Of a stretch of 61,433 nucleotides of DNA, positions 28,790-38,146 are shown piece after piece; within the stretch, counting starts at the first letter, position 1; each line of letters begins with the position of its first letter. The notes below the pieces were generated by a model. It did no database searches and was not told the origin of the DNA. It saw only the letters and a program-made list of their open reading frames with translations. Position numbers and translations under genes: made by a program. This DNA comes from a virus (lineage: Duplodnaviria > Caudoviricetes): IMG/VR virus record IMGVR_UViG_3300035701_000031, positions 1 to 61,433 of that record, one strand, 5' to 3'.

Positions 28790-29122
28790 TCACTTCCTCT
28801 GTTTTACAATTATTTTATTGCCTTTTAAATGAAAGGAAAGTTGGGGGTATTTTTTCCTTTTATAAAGAACTTCTGCTTCTCTAAATTCTTTTCCCCATTT
28901 TGATTTAAATATGAGATGGATTTCATTGCCTTTTTTCTCAATCTTTTGATATAATGATTTATTTATAGCCAATACATTTTTTTCGGTAGAATAATATTCT
29001 TGCAAATCAATATCGCTGTAAATCATCGGGTGTCTTTTTAATTGTTGTTTTGCCAATGCTGTCTCGATTCCCTTTCGGGCTAAACTATGTCTCGCACTTT
29101 CTGATTTCCAGCCTTTTGTCAT
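28790..29122 (-). CDS. ARH-motif protein
   Basis: MTKGWKSESARHSLARKGIET. Confidence 0.8.
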   Translation of the reverse strand: MTKGWKSESARHSLARKGIETALAKQQLKRHPMIYSDIDLQEYYSTEKNVLAINKSLYQKIEKKGNEIHLIFKSKWGKEFREAEVLYKRKKYPQLSFHLKGNKIIVKQRK

Positions 29123-29123
29123 C

Positions 29124-29324
29124 TCACCACTTCCCTTTTTTTATTTTCATTGTTTTGATTTCTTTAGTGATGCTCTGCATTAAACCGAAGTTCGGTGCTG
29201 ACTTCCACGCTTCTTTCTGGTAATCCTTAACCAAAGTTTTTATTTTTGCGTTTGTGTGAATCTTGGGCTGCATTGCCTTTTTCAAAGAATCTTTAATAAT
29301 CGAATTTAAATTATTTTTTGTCAT
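29124..29324 (-). CDS. small basic protein
   Basis: 66-aa ORF with G-rich SD. Confidence 0.55.
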   Translation of the reverse strand: MTKNNLNSIIKDSLKKAMQPKIHTNAKIKTLVKDYQKEAWKSAPNFGLMQSITKEIKTMKIKKGKW

Positions 29325-29358
29325 AATCTTCCCCCTTCGCTTTCAATATAATCTTGCA

Positions 29359-30504
29359 TCACTTCAATTTTTTAAGTGCCTCCAACGCACTTGCCTTTGA
29401 GCCGTATTCTTGAAATTCCCCAACTGTGTCCACAGCACCTGTGCTTTTGTCAAATTTTCTGATGGAGTATTTTCTTTTTGCTTCTGGTGCTTGTTCGCTT
29501 GTGATAAAATATTTATCATTGTGAAGTTCGCTTTCAACCCTACTTTTGAAAAACCTCATTGTGTCTGGGTCAAAGTAATGCTGCCCTTTTTCTTTGTTTA
29601 TCTTCCTCATATCCGCTATTGTCATCTTAAATTCTTCCCTTTTTGTTTCATTAAGAATTACTTTCGCCACTTTTTCTGGTGCTTCTCCCGTTTCGTGTAT
29701 TCTTTTTACCGCTTTCACAAATTGTTTGTCTTGCGGTGTTTGTTCTTTTGGGTCTGCGCCAGTTAAAGCTGTGCTTGTAAATCTTTCTTCATCCCTATAT
29801 TTTTTCTTTAATTGTTCGGCAATTTTTTCAACTTCCGCTTTTTTTCCAGTTGGCACATAATAATCAACGCTTGAACTGAATAAATTGCTTGTTCGGGTTA
29901 TGACTGTCGCAAGCGGAATGCCAACTTCTGCAAGTCTTTTCTTTAGTTCATCATCAAATTTTTTAAGTTCTCGTTCATCTTCTGACATTGAAAGCGCAGT
30001 ATCTGAATGCAATTGTTCCCAACCTTTTGCTTCAACTTCGTAATATCCTCTCCAATCATCTGTTTTATGCCATTTTGAGGTAAAATCACTCCCATCTTCA
30101 ACTACATCGCCAGCAGTTAAATCAAGGTCTTGATATTCCCCTAATTGAATTTTTTGTTCTGTGCCGTCTGGATTTGAAATTATTACTGTGCCAATGGGGT
30201 CTTCTTCATCAAATTGAACCGAAAGATTTTCTGCTTTTGTTTTAATGTATTCATCAAGATTAGTAATGTTGCCTTTTTCTAAATCGTATTTTACTTCTTC
30301 TTCAACAAATTTTTCCCACTTATCTTGATTTTTGGTTGGATGGGCATAATATTCATCGCTTGTTACAATTGCCCTGATTATCTGTTCAAGGTCGGGAGTT
30401 CGTGAACCAAAAAGTGCACTCTTGGGTTTTGTTTTTCTCCCAGTCTCGATTCCCTTACGGGCAAGCGAATGTCTCGCACTTTCCAATCTCCAGCCTTTTG
30501 TCAT
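29359..30504 (-). CDS. ARH-motif multidomain protein
   Basis: MTKGWRLESARHSLARKGIETGRK; C-terminal G.HYF..DTMRFFKSR domain recalled from phage hypotheticals. Confidence 0.8.
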   Translation of the reverse strand: MTKGWRLESARHSLARKGIETGRKTKPKSALFGSRTPDLEQIIRAIVTSDEYYAHPTKNQDKWEKFVEEEVKYDLEKGNITNLDEYIKTKAENLSVQFDEEDPIGTVIISNPDGTEQKIQLGEYQDLDLTAGDVVEDGSDFTSKWHKTDDWRGYYEVEAKGWEQLHSDTALSMSEDERELKKFDDELKKRLAEVGIPLATVITRTSNLFSSSVDYYVPTGKKAEVEKIAEQLKKKYRDEERFTSTALTGADPKEQTPQDKQFVKAVKRIHETGEAPEKVAKVILNETKREEFKMTIADMRKINKEKGQHYFDPDTMRFFKSRVESELHNDKYFITSEQAPEAKRKYSIRKFDKSTGAVDTVGEFQEYGSKASALEALKKLK

Positions 30505-30511
30505 TTATTTT

Positions 30512-30607
30512 TCACCTCTTTGGCAAGAAAAATTTTTTATTCTTGGGGACAAAAAATGAACTTTTTGGTAAAGCCCAATTCCCAAGGCGTGAATGTGTTT
30601 TTGCCAT
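30512..30607 (-). CDS. 31-aa basic peptide with FVPKNKKFFLPK motif
   Basis: Manual translation MAKTHSRLGNWALPKSSFFVPKNKKFFLPKR; directly behind promoter copy 2; motif shared with 12435, 13300, 13551. Confidence 0.55.
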   Translation of the reverse strand: MAKTHSRLGNWALPKSSFFVPKNKKFFLPKR

Positions 30608-30626
30608 ATTAAATCACTAATATTAG

Positions 30627-30679
30627 TGTCCTTTCTTATATAAAAACATTTTGGTTCTTTAAAAATAGAGTAAGACGGA
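30627..30679 (-). promoter_or_regulatory. 53-bp repeated promoter element, copy 2
   Basis: Identical to 15306-15358. Confidence 0.85.
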
Positions 30680-30683
30680 TGAA

Positions 30684-31790
30684 TTAAACTTTTCCTCCAA
30701 ATATTTTCCCGAATCCACCTACACCATTTTTCATAACAACAAACAATGCGCCAAAGGCAACCACTACTGCACTCAATAACAGTCCGATTCCGAAAAATTG
30801 CCCGATATTAGTCGATTGATGGGACACTCCCATTATAATGCCACTAAAAATGCTGAATAAGCCAGTGATTGATTGAAACAGGGGGTCTATATTTATTGTT
30901 GCTGGGCTTGGCTGGGCTGGCGGTTCAGGTTCTGGCGGTGCTTCTGTTTTATATGTGCCTAAAACACCATCAGACTGTCCTGTAAAAAGATTGCCGTCAT
31001 AAACTGCAAGAGAATTAATTGCTCCTCCAATATCACCTAAATTAGTCCAAATTTTACTTTCATTATTATATGTTCCAAAAACACCAACAGCATCTCCTGT
31101 GAAGAGATTTCCGTCATAAACTATTAATGCGGTAATATTGCTTGCACTAATATCAGCTAAATGAATAGGGTCGGCTATATCACCGTATGTCAAAAAACTG
31201 CCATCATAATCTCCAATAAAAAGGTTGCCATCAAAAACGGCAAGTGAATAACAATTAGTGCCAATACTTCCAACGCCATCAATATATTTTGCACACCCAT
31301 CATCTGGATGGTCAGCAAAAATATTGCCATTATAAATTGTAAAAAATCCTGAATAAGCGTATATGCCCAAATCTGTTGCAATCTTACTATCATTATTATA
31401 TGTTCCGACAAAATTCCCACTCACATAAAAAAGATTTCCGTCATAAAATTCAAAAGAAGTGATGCCCCCGCCAATATCGCCTAAAGAAGTAAAAATTTCA
31501 TTGTTATAAGTCCCTAAAATTCCATTGTCATATCCTGCAAAAAGATTGCCGTCATAGACTGCAAGTGCCCTCAATGAAGTGCCTTCTGCTATGCTTCCTT
31601 TCGAACTCCATACGCCGTTTTTATAAGTTCCTAAAATCCCAGCATCATCTCCAGTAAAAAGATTGCCGTCAAATACGGCAAGAGAAAAAAGCACATCTGC
31701 TTTTCTTCCTAACGAAGCCCATATTCCAGCATAACTGAATGAGAATAACAGCAGCAAGCAAAGCAAAATTAAGATAATTTTATTTTTCAT
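30684..31790 (-). CDS. secreted beta-propeller-like repeat protein fused to a C-terminal coat-like domain
   Basis: Signal peptide MKNKIILILL..., about six AV[YF]DGNLF.G repeats, Pro-rich linker, last 69 aa paralogous to spliced 48518-48870 product. Confidence 0.8.
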   Translation of the reverse strand: MKNKIILILLCLLLLFSFSYAGIWASLGRKADVLFSLAVFDGNLFTGDDAGILGTYKNGVWSSKGSIAEGTSLRALAVYDGNLFAGYDNGILGTYNNEIFTSLGDIGGGITSFEFYDGNLFYVSGNFVGTYNNDSKIATDLGIYAYSGFFTIYNGNIFADHPDDGCAKYIDGVGSIGTNCYSLAVFDGNLFIGDYDGSFLTYGDIADPIHLADISASNITALIVYDGNLFTGDAVGVFGTYNNESKIWTNLGDIGGAINSLAVYDGNLFTGQSDGVLGTYKTEAPPEPEPPAQPSPATINIDPLFQSITGLFSIFSGIIMGVSHQSTNIGQFFGIGLLLSAVVVAFGALFVVMKNGVGGFGKIFGGKV

Positions 31791-31803
31791 TGTAGTAATA
31801 TAA

Positions 31804-31856
31804 TGCCCTTTCTCATATAAAAACATTTTGGTTCTTTAAAAATAGAGTAAGACGGA
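31804..31856 (-). promoter_or_regulatory. 53-bp repeated promoter element, copy 3
   Basis: Two mismatches to copy 1; TATA about 25 nt upstream of ATG at 31790. Confidence 0.85.
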
Positions 31857-31860
31857 AGAA

Positions 31861-32328
31861 TTAATAAGAGTTTTCGTCTTTCACAACAAATTTATTCAAA
31901 TCCGCAGTCGGCGTTTCAAAGCAATCTTCAATCGCATTCTGGTCTTTTAATGGCAAGCAAATTTTTTCGTGGGCATTTTTTAATTTGTAATACGCACCGC
32001 ACTCACAGTAAATTGCATTTACATCGATATTTTCCGCATAAATCGGGCTGCCTTTTGTTATGTAGCCTTTTTCTTCCGCTTCTTTGCATCCAATCTCGCT
32101 TGTAATCCCATCCTTTGTAACATTTATTTTTAAAACGGGTCTGCGGTGTAGAAACGCCTCATAACACCAAGTAATTGGCTCTAATTTTTGATTTTGTTGG
32201 GTATTCTGGTCGGTGCTGGTGTTTTGGTCTATGCCATTGCTGGGCGGTGTGCTGTTCATCACAAGGGCGAGGATTACTACGCAAATTAGTCCAGAAAAAA
32301 CGGCAATGGCTATTTCATTTTCTTTCAT
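31861..32328 (-). CDS. membrane-anchored Cys-containing protein
   Basis: N-terminal TM helix, six Cys in the ectodomain. Confidence 0.7.
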   Translation of the reverse strand: MKENEIAIAVFSGLICVVILALVMNSTPPSNGIDQNTSTDQNTQQNQKLEPITWCYEAFLHRRPVLKINVTKDGITSEIGCKEAEEKGYITKGSPIYAENIDVNAIYCECGAYYKLKNAHEKICLPLKDQNAIEDCFETPTADLNKFVVKDENSY

Positions 32329-32381
32329 GCTTTCTTCCTCTCATATATATTGTCCTTTCCTTTCCTTTTAAATTTTTTGGC

Positions 32382-32552
32382 TCAATACCTTCTTCTTCCT
32401 CTTTCTTTTGGAATTGCATCTTTGAAAACCCACGACCCCTGACGGAAGGTTTCAAACGCCAGACCTCCAAACCATTTTAATATTTTCCAAACAAATCCCA
32501 ACCATTCTTTCAGAAAATTTTCAATTTTTGTATTTGGGTCGTCATATGGCAT
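32382..32552 (-). CDS. small amphipathic protein
   Basis: Start MPYDDP behind GGTGA SD. Confidence 0.55.
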   Translation of the reverse strand: MPYDDPNTKIENFLKEWLGFVWKILKWFGGLAFETFRQGSWVFKDAIPKERGRRRY

Positions 32553-34053
32553 TTTCTTCACCTGCTTTTTTATTTTCCTCTTTTTCAATGTCTTCATTTA
32601 GCCCTTCCGTAATGATATGTTCTCTGGCTTTTTCTGCAATCATTGTCAAAAGCAATTCTTCAGTTTGCAGTGGAAGGTAGTTCATGCCCTTTGCCGAATA
32701 AAATATCATTTTAATTACTTTTTGTGGCGCAATTATATATTTCCCGCTTTTTGTTTGCCGTAAAATTTCGTTTTGCCCCCTCTGCCAAATTTCTTCAGCT
32801 AATTTTTTCAAAAAGTCCCATCTCATGCTTTCTTTTGCCTTTAAACGCCTAATGTGTTCTTGTTTAATTAATTCATATTCCCTGACAATTTTTAATGGAG
32901 GCATTTTCGCCAAAACATATCCTCTTGGCACAAGCATTCCATCATTTGCTCGATGGGTTTTAAGCATTAAAACAAAATAAGCAGGATACCCGCTTCTTTT
33001 TTCTTCTGAAATTTCACAATTAAGGCAGTTTAGCTTTTTGCACACATTGCAAACTTTATTTTTAAATCTAACTGGCTTAAAACTTTCAAGGGTATAATAA
33101 TGCTGATGTTGATGCAAAGAAGGGGCAATGTAAAGCAAATTACACATGGAAAATCGAAGTTGCTCTTCAAAATCTACTAACCTATTTCTAATTGTGTTTG
33201 ACATTAACCCAACTGAAGTTATCTGTTGTTCATCGCACATCATTGTTTGCCTGTTTTGGCTATGTGAAATCAAATCTTCCATTTCTTCAGGATAAAATGC
33301 AATATCTTGTAAGGAAAAAGGTCTGTCAAAAATTTTGCCAAGTATGCGCCCAAACTCAATATTACTTAAACTTTTACCTGAACCCTGACTATTATGAGTT
33401 AAAACCCCATTACCCAAATAAAAATTATGATTATCTGGAACTTGCAAATCAATTGTTTCATCAAATCCAATCTTTTTAATTGATTTGATTTTCACTGAAT
33501 AATTTTGAATTGAATTTCTAAATAAATTACCCCCAATTTTTAATTCGGATAATTTTTTTTCTTTTTTATTTGATAAAAAAAAGGTGTGGTCTTTAGTTGC
33601 ATATATTTTTGTATTATCTTCAACTGTTATTTCATATAACTGTTTTCTTCCAGAATGTATTATTTTTGCTCGTTTATATTCATCTTTGCCTGTCTCAAAA
33701 TTATGCGTTTTAACAAAAACAAATTTTTTAAATTGATTTAATTTTCTTTTTCCATTTTTTGCCCATATCAGAGTATCAAATTTTAAGCAACCTTCGGTGC
33801 TCATCACAACATTACTTCTTGAATCAGCCCTCCATTTCCAACTTTCAATGAGAAGAGAAGTTAATTTTTTTGGATTCTGTTGTTGTGCTAATCTCCAGTA
33901 TTCATCATACGTTGAGCTCGTTTCTGCGAGTTGATAATCTTGGTCAAATGCCCAAGCCGAAAGGGGGTCATCTGAAAAAATATTGAAAGTTTTCCATTGC
34001 CGAGAAAGAGGTTCAATTTCTTGTTTTTTAATTGATTCGATTTCAACTCCCAT
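32542..34053 (-). CDS. P-loop ATPase (putative morphogenesis/packaging ATPase) with mini-intein
   Basis: Walker A G[intein]SQGSGKS, Walker B MMCDE, CxxC..xCxxC insert. Confidence 0.75.
   Translation of the reverse strand: MGVEIESIKKQEIEPLSRQWKTFNIFSDDPLSAWAFDQDYQLAETSSTYDEYWRLAQQQNPKKLTSLLIESWKWRADSRSNVVMSTEGCLKFDTLIWAKNGKRKLNQFKKFVFVKTHNFETGKDEYKRAKIIHSGRKQLYEITVEDNTKIYATKDHTFFLSNKKEKKLSELKIGGNLFRNSIQNYSVKIKSIKKIGFDETIDLQVPDNHNFYLGNGVLTHNSQGSGKSLSNIEFGRILGKIFDRPFSLQDIAFYPEEMEDLISHSQNRQTMMCDEQQITSVGLMSNTIRNRLVDFEEQLRFSMCNLLYIAPSLHQHQHYYTLESFKPVRFKNKVCNVCKKLNCLNCEISEEKRSGYPAYFVLMLKTHRANDGMLVPRGYVLAKMPPLKIVREYELIKQEHIRRLKAKESMRWDFLKKLAEEIWQRGQNEILRQTKSGKYIIAPQKVIKMIFYSAKGMNYLPLQTEELLLTMIAEKAREHIITEGLNEDIEKEENKKAGEENAI
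33391..33789 (-). mobile_element. mini-intein (133 aa, no endonuclease) in ATPase Walker A
   Basis: Begins CLKFDT, block B AT.DH.F, ends DLQV..NHNFYLGNGVLTHN followed by S. Confidence 0.92.
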
Positions 34054-34056
34054 TTT

Positions 34057-34791
34057 TTACCCCTCATTAAAATTAATTATTTTATCTAAAAGATTATTTG
34101 GATTTTTTAATTCGTTTTCCCAAATTCTTAATACGGTATATCCTTTATTTTTTAAAAAACAAGTTTGTTTTTTATCTTTTTTTGTCCCGTAAGGATATTT
34201 ATGCCAGTAATTTCCATCAATAAAAATAGCGATGTTTGGTTTTATAAAAAAATCAATGAACCCCAAATCATATTCGTATTGTGAAATAAATTTTATATGA
34301 TTTTGTTTTAAAATTTTTTGAAATTGCAATTCTAAAGAAGAAATTCTGGGGCAACTTTTATGCCCATTTTTAGCTGCTTCAATTTTTTTATTTGGATTTT
34401 TTTGTGCCCATTTTTTATTAATTTTAGATAATTTCTTTTTTTGTTTTGTTCCTTTTGAGGAGTTCCAATATTTTAATATTGATTCCCTTTGTTTATTTTT
34501 TATATTATCTGAAATTGGTATGCCAATCCTGCTTTTATTAAGTGCTGTTAAATGTGGATGTTTAATCCCATAGGCTATACTTTTTTTGCCTTTTTTGCCC
34601 AATAATCTATAATGATTTACTTCTTTACATTTCTCACTTGCTTTTTTTCCATAATTTGGATTTGCTTTTCCTTTATAACTCCGTCTTAACCTCCAAGTAT
34701 GCCCATGTATATATTTGGGAAATCCAGCCCAGTTATAGTGTTTTTTGAAGGATATTTCTTTTCCGCATCCACAAGCACATATATGATTCAT
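34057..34791 (-). CDS. NUMOD3-like/DUF559 (Vsr-like) endonuclease
   Basis: CACGCG start; S.LE...F..QY....FIDF.....IFIDGNYWH...D......L...GY.VLRIWE. Confidence 0.85.
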   Translation of the reverse strand: MNHICACGCGKEISFKKHYNWAGFPKYIHGHTWRLRRSYKGKANPNYGKKASEKCKEVNHYRLLGKKGKKSIAYGIKHPHLTALNKSRIGIPISDNIKNKQRESILKYWNSSKGTKQKKKLSKINKKWAQKNPNKKIEAAKNGHKSCPRISSLELQFQKILKQNHIKFISQYEYDLGFIDFFIKPNIAIFIDGNYWHKYPYGTKKDKKQTCFLKNKGYTVLRIWENELKNPNNLLDKIINFNEG

Positions 34792-34805
34792 TTCTATCTC
34801 CAAAA

Positions 34806-34934
34806 TTAATTTCCCTTTTTATCCCTCATCAACCTATTTATAATTTCATCATAAGTTTCTCGTTTGGTTATCCTTTGTTTTTTCATTTTTTCAAGAGTGC
34901 TATGCTCAATCTGAATAGTAGTCCTTTGTTGCAT
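34806..34934 (-). CDS. small ribbon-helix-helix protein (42 aa)
   Basis: Manual translation MQQRTTIQIEHSTLEKMKKQRITKRETYDEIINRLM. Confidence 0.65.
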   Translation of the reverse strand: MQQRTTIQIEHSTLEKMKKQRITKRETYDEIINRLMRDKKGN

Positions 34935-34955
34935 ACATAATCAATACATAAAAGG

Positions 34956-35363
34956 CTATTTAAACTTATTGTTAAGCTGATATTTTTGTTCTTCTGCGAT
35001 AATTGATTTTTCATCTTGTTTTGGTTCATATTTGTAAATATCTTTTAGAAATTTCAAAAATTTCAACTCTTTTTCCAAAAATTCGTTTCTCTGCCACTTT
35101 TTTTCTTCTTTTTCCCTCGCTGTCCTTAAAGCCAGCACTGCAATCTCAATGTCATTTTCAGTGAAAATTACTTTAAAGTTTTTTATTTGGATTGATTGGG
35201 CAACTGTGTTAATCATTCCACCGATTCCCATAAATCCAAAAAATAATAGGATGAGTATTGCCCGTTCAAAGCCAACAGTTTCAAAAACATATAAATATGA
35301 ATACAAGCAAAAAAGCATTATTGCAAGATTAATTATTAATTGAATTAAATTTTTTGGTGTCAT
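34956..35363 (-). CDS. two-TM membrane protein
   Basis: Two hydrophobic helices followed by a charged tail. Confidence 0.6.
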   Translation of the reverse strand: MTPKNLIQLIINLAIMLFCLYSYLYVFETVGFERAILILLFFGFMGIGGMINTVAQSIQIKNFKVIFTENDIEIAVLALRTAREKEEKKWQRNEFLEKELKFLKFLKDIYKYEPKQDEKSIIAEEQKYQLNNKFK

Positions 35364-35617
35364 CCAATGCTCAACCTCAAATTTTTGAATTTTGGATTTT
35401 TTGCACAATCACAATTCAATTCCCAAATATATTGTATTTGACCCGTTTTTGAATCCACTGCCTTTTTCATTTCCTTCCCGCAAACTGCACATTTAGGTTT
35501 TCCATTTTCTGAAAATAAATCTGTTTTTATATTTACTTTGTGCTTGCTCACTATTCCCCTCTGGGCAAATTCACTCATTGCGTTCCACACGTCTTTTTCT
35601 ATAATTGCTTCACTCAT
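35360..35617 (-). CDS. Zn-ribbon protein
   Basis: CAVCG...CDC. Confidence 0.6.
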   Translation of the reverse strand: MSEAIIEKDVWNAMSEFAQRGIVSKHKVNIKTDLFSENGKPKCAVCGKEMKKAVDSKTGQIQYIWELNCDCAKNPKFKNLRLSIG

Positions 35618-35765
35618 TTATTTCAGCTCCTTGCTTTTCGTTTATTTCCGAAATCAATGCACAGTTTTTGCATAACAAAAGAATATTTTTGTTTTCAATT
35701 ACCAAAACATAGAACAATCCGCCGCCACAATTGTCGCAATAAAAAGAATCAATCTTTATTGCCAT
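35610..35765 (-). CDS. Zn-ribbon protein
   Basis: CDNCG...CKNC; start MAIKIDS. Confidence 0.6.
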   Translation of the reverse strand: MAIKIDSFYCDNCGGGLFYVLVIENKNILLLCKNCALISEINEKQGAEINE

Positions 35766-35814
35766 TTTTCCCCTCTGTCTGCTTTTTTGATTGTTCTTTA
35801 ATAATCTCAATCAA

Positions 35815-37125
35815 GTGAACCTCCCACGACTAAAGTCGTGGGCTTCTTGCTTCGGGGCGCATCCTTTCGTCATTTCACATCCCCTACGAGCAAACGGTGG
35901 TTCTCCACCGCAGGATACAAACAAACATCACCATCAATATTTTGATGATAAATGTTTATTGCTCCATTTACATCTCTGTCTTGCTTATATCCGCAATCAC
36001 ATTCATATTTCCTGTCTATTGGCTTATTGAAGTTGCCACAAGCTGGGCAGAGTTGCGAGGTGTATGGTTCTGGGACTTTTGCCAGTTCTATTCCTTTTTC
36101 TTCGCATTTGTTTTGCAATCGTTTATACAGCAAATCAAACGACCAAAGGTTGTGCGTCATCTGGTTTGCTTTTCTATTTTTTTGCGGTTTTGCAAGTATA
36201 TCTTTTACATCTCCGACAACTATTTTGTCTGGAGCTGCGTCTTTTATTGTCCAAGAAACAATATTTTTGAAATAATCATCAACCATCAAATGCCTTTTTT
36301 GATATAGTGCATTAATCTGTTTTGTTGAATAGCGATTGTTTCTTGTTTTTGCAATCTTTTGCAGGCGTTTTATTTTTTTGGTTAGTTGTTTCCATTTTTT
36401 GACTATTGGATTTGGATAGAGATATGCTTTCTCATTATCAAAGCCGACAATGCCTCTTTTGATGCCAATGTCTATTGCAAGTATGTTGTTTCCTTGTTTT
36501 TGCTCTGGGTCTTTGATTTCAACAGATTGATATAAATAAAACTTTTTCTTTATCTTATTGTAATGGATTTCTGCTTGCCTCTGTTTTCCTTCCCATCTTG
36601 GCATTCCATTGTATTCCAAAACTATGCCTTTTAGCTCTGTTTCTTTTCTCATTGCTCTTGATAATGGCAAGTGGACTTTATCATTTTTAAAATGATATTG
36701 CCCTGCATCTATCCGCAGCATACTTGGAATTGTTGTATTGGTTGCCCTATTTTTGTAATATTTTGGCAATCCGACTTTTTTTTGGGCTTTTGATTTGATG
36801 AGTTTGAAAAACGCATTAACCATAAACGAGTGTTTTTGCAGCATTGGGAGAGCATAGCTTCTTCCAAGTTTTTGATAGTCGTCTTTTGTTTGGATTGCTT
36901 GTTGCTGTTTGTAAAACGATTTTACTTTTTCTTTTTTGAATATAGCCTGCCTAAAGTTATAGTTAGCCATATTCCAGACGCAAGAGGATAGCGTCATTAA
37001 TTCCAGCAAGAGTTTCTTTTGCTGTTTGTTTACAGCCAGTTCTACAACGTTTGTTCTCTGCATTTTTTATCACTTTATTGCCTCGCTAACCCATTCTTAA
37101 AAGAATGGGATTGCGCTTCGGCACA
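35815..37125 (-). mobile_element. IS200/IS605-family element, tnpB-only (IS1341-like)
   Basis: Left hairpin CCCATTCTT-TT-AAGAATGGG, right hairpin CCCACGACT-TT-AGTCGTGGG ending TCAC; no tnpA; left boundary uncertain by about 1 nt. Confidence 0.85.
35870..37063 (-). CDS. tnpB: RNA-guided endonuclease TnpB
   Basis: RuvC-I AIDIG, RuvC-II VVGD, YTSQLCPACG...C.CG Zn finger, RuvC-III DRDVNGAINI. Confidence 0.92.
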   Translation of the reverse strand: MQRTNVVELAVNKQQKKLLLELMTLSSCVWNMANYNFRQAIFKKEKVKSFYKQQQAIQTKDDYQKLGRSYALPMLQKHSFMVNAFFKLIKSKAQKKVGLPKYYKNRATNTTIPSMLRIDAGQYHFKNDKVHLPLSRAMRKETELKGIVLEYNGMPRWEGKQRQAEIHYNKIKKKFYLYQSVEIKDPEQKQGNNILAIDIGIKRGIVGFDNEKAYLYPNPIVKKWKQLTKKIKRLQKIAKTRNNRYSTKQINALYQKRHLMVDDYFKNIVSWTIKDAAPDKIVVGDVKDILAKPQKNRKANQMTHNLWSFDLLYKRLQNKCEEKGIELAKVPEPYTSQLCPACGNFNKPIDRKYECDCGYKQDRDVNGAINIYHQNIDGDVCLYPAVENHRLLVGDVK

Positions 37126-37296
37126 TTCATTTCTTTTCACCAATTTAATTTTTTTGTTATTCTCCTAACATTTCTTTTGTGTCATTTAATTCTCTTTCTT
37201 TTTTAAATTGCTTAAATTTTTCGTTTATCCATTCTCTTGAAAACTTTTCTTTTTTGGGGGAATTGACAAGCCAATACCCAAATTCGATGGCTTCGT

Positions 37297-37605
37297 TCAT
37301 TTTTCTTCAGCCCCTATTTCCTTGCGAACTGCACCCATTACTCTTACAGCAATTTCTTCCGCCGTAAAAAAATCAAGTTTGCTTTTCTTGTTTTTTGCAA
37401 TTTCATTGCATAATTCTTCAAAAAAATTTCCTAAAAATCCCAGCATTTCCAGTTTTCCCTGTATTTTTCCTTGTTCATAATCTGTTATGCTGCTTTCCTT
37501 CTTCTCTTCTTCCAACAGCGCATCCCTCACAATTTCTTCTGGGTGTGCGGAATTGGCAGAAATTTTTCCTTGCTCATAATCGATGGTGCTACTTTCTCCG
37601 CCCAT
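37297..37605 (-). CDS. hypothetical protein with duplicated ESS..DYEQGKI motif
   Basis: Internal repeat; related to 8698 and 37786. Confidence 0.65.
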   Translation of the reverse strand: MGGESSTIDYEQGKISANSAHPEEIVRDALLEEEKKESSITDYEQGKIQGKLEMLGFLGNFFEELCNEIAKNKKSKLDFFTAEEIAVRVMGAVRKEIGAEEK

Positions 37606-37785
37606 TTAATTACCTGCCTGTTTTGTTTTATTCCAATCTGTTGCTTTTTTTGTTAAAATTCCAATAAAAAAAAATCCAATTGCCCCAGTCAAAAAACGCA
37701 AATCCCAAATCAAACAATATAGCAAAAAACAAACTATTGCTGTCCAGCCCATAATTTCAGTAGCAAAATAATCTGATTCGCCCAT

Positions 37786-37965
37786 TTAATCACCTATCTG
37801 TTTTTTTGCTTTTCTCAATATTTCCTTCTTGAAAGTGTTTACTATGATTCCATTATGTTTCTCAAACTCTTTTTCCATCCATTCAAGCATTTCTTGCTTT
37901 CCTTGTTGCCTGCCAGTTTCAATTCCAGAATCATATCCATTTGCAAAAGATTCCTCTTCACTCAT
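37786..37965 (-). CDS. small protein (59 aa), paralog of 8698-8904
   Basis: Manual translation ...GYDSG...QGKQEMLEWMEK...AKKQIGD. Confidence 0.6.
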   Translation of the reverse strand: MSEEESFANGYDSGIETGRQQGKQEMLEWMEKEFEKHNGIIVNTFKKEILRKAKKQIGD

Positions 37966-38146
37966 TTTCCTTCACCGCTTGCTTTTTTGCTTTCTTTATT
38001 TTTTTAATTTCTTTTAATAATTTTTTGTATTCAAGAAAAGACGCATTGGCATCTTCCATATTTCGTTCAGCAATGCCACGCCAAACTTTTAATGTTCTTT
38101 TTAATTTTTTATTTTCTGTTCTCAATTCTGGTGAACTTTTGCTCAT
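37958..38146 (-). CDS. small coiled-coil protein
   Basis: Start MSKSSPELR; in operon chain. Confidence 0.5.
   Translation of the reverse strand: MSKSSPELRTENKKLKRTLKVWRGIAERNMEDANASFLEYKKLLKEIKKIKKAKKQAVKENE

Noticed and set aside
32542-34053. Calling the ATPase a large terminase
   Set aside because: No recognisable C-terminal RNase H-like nuclease domain and no neighbouring portal gene.
35749-37130. A 23-aa ORF (MNLIEIIKEQ...) interrupted by the IS
   Set aside because: Restored only if the left junction follows TGAAT; the guide rule predicts TGAA, which gives an immediate stop, so unresolved.
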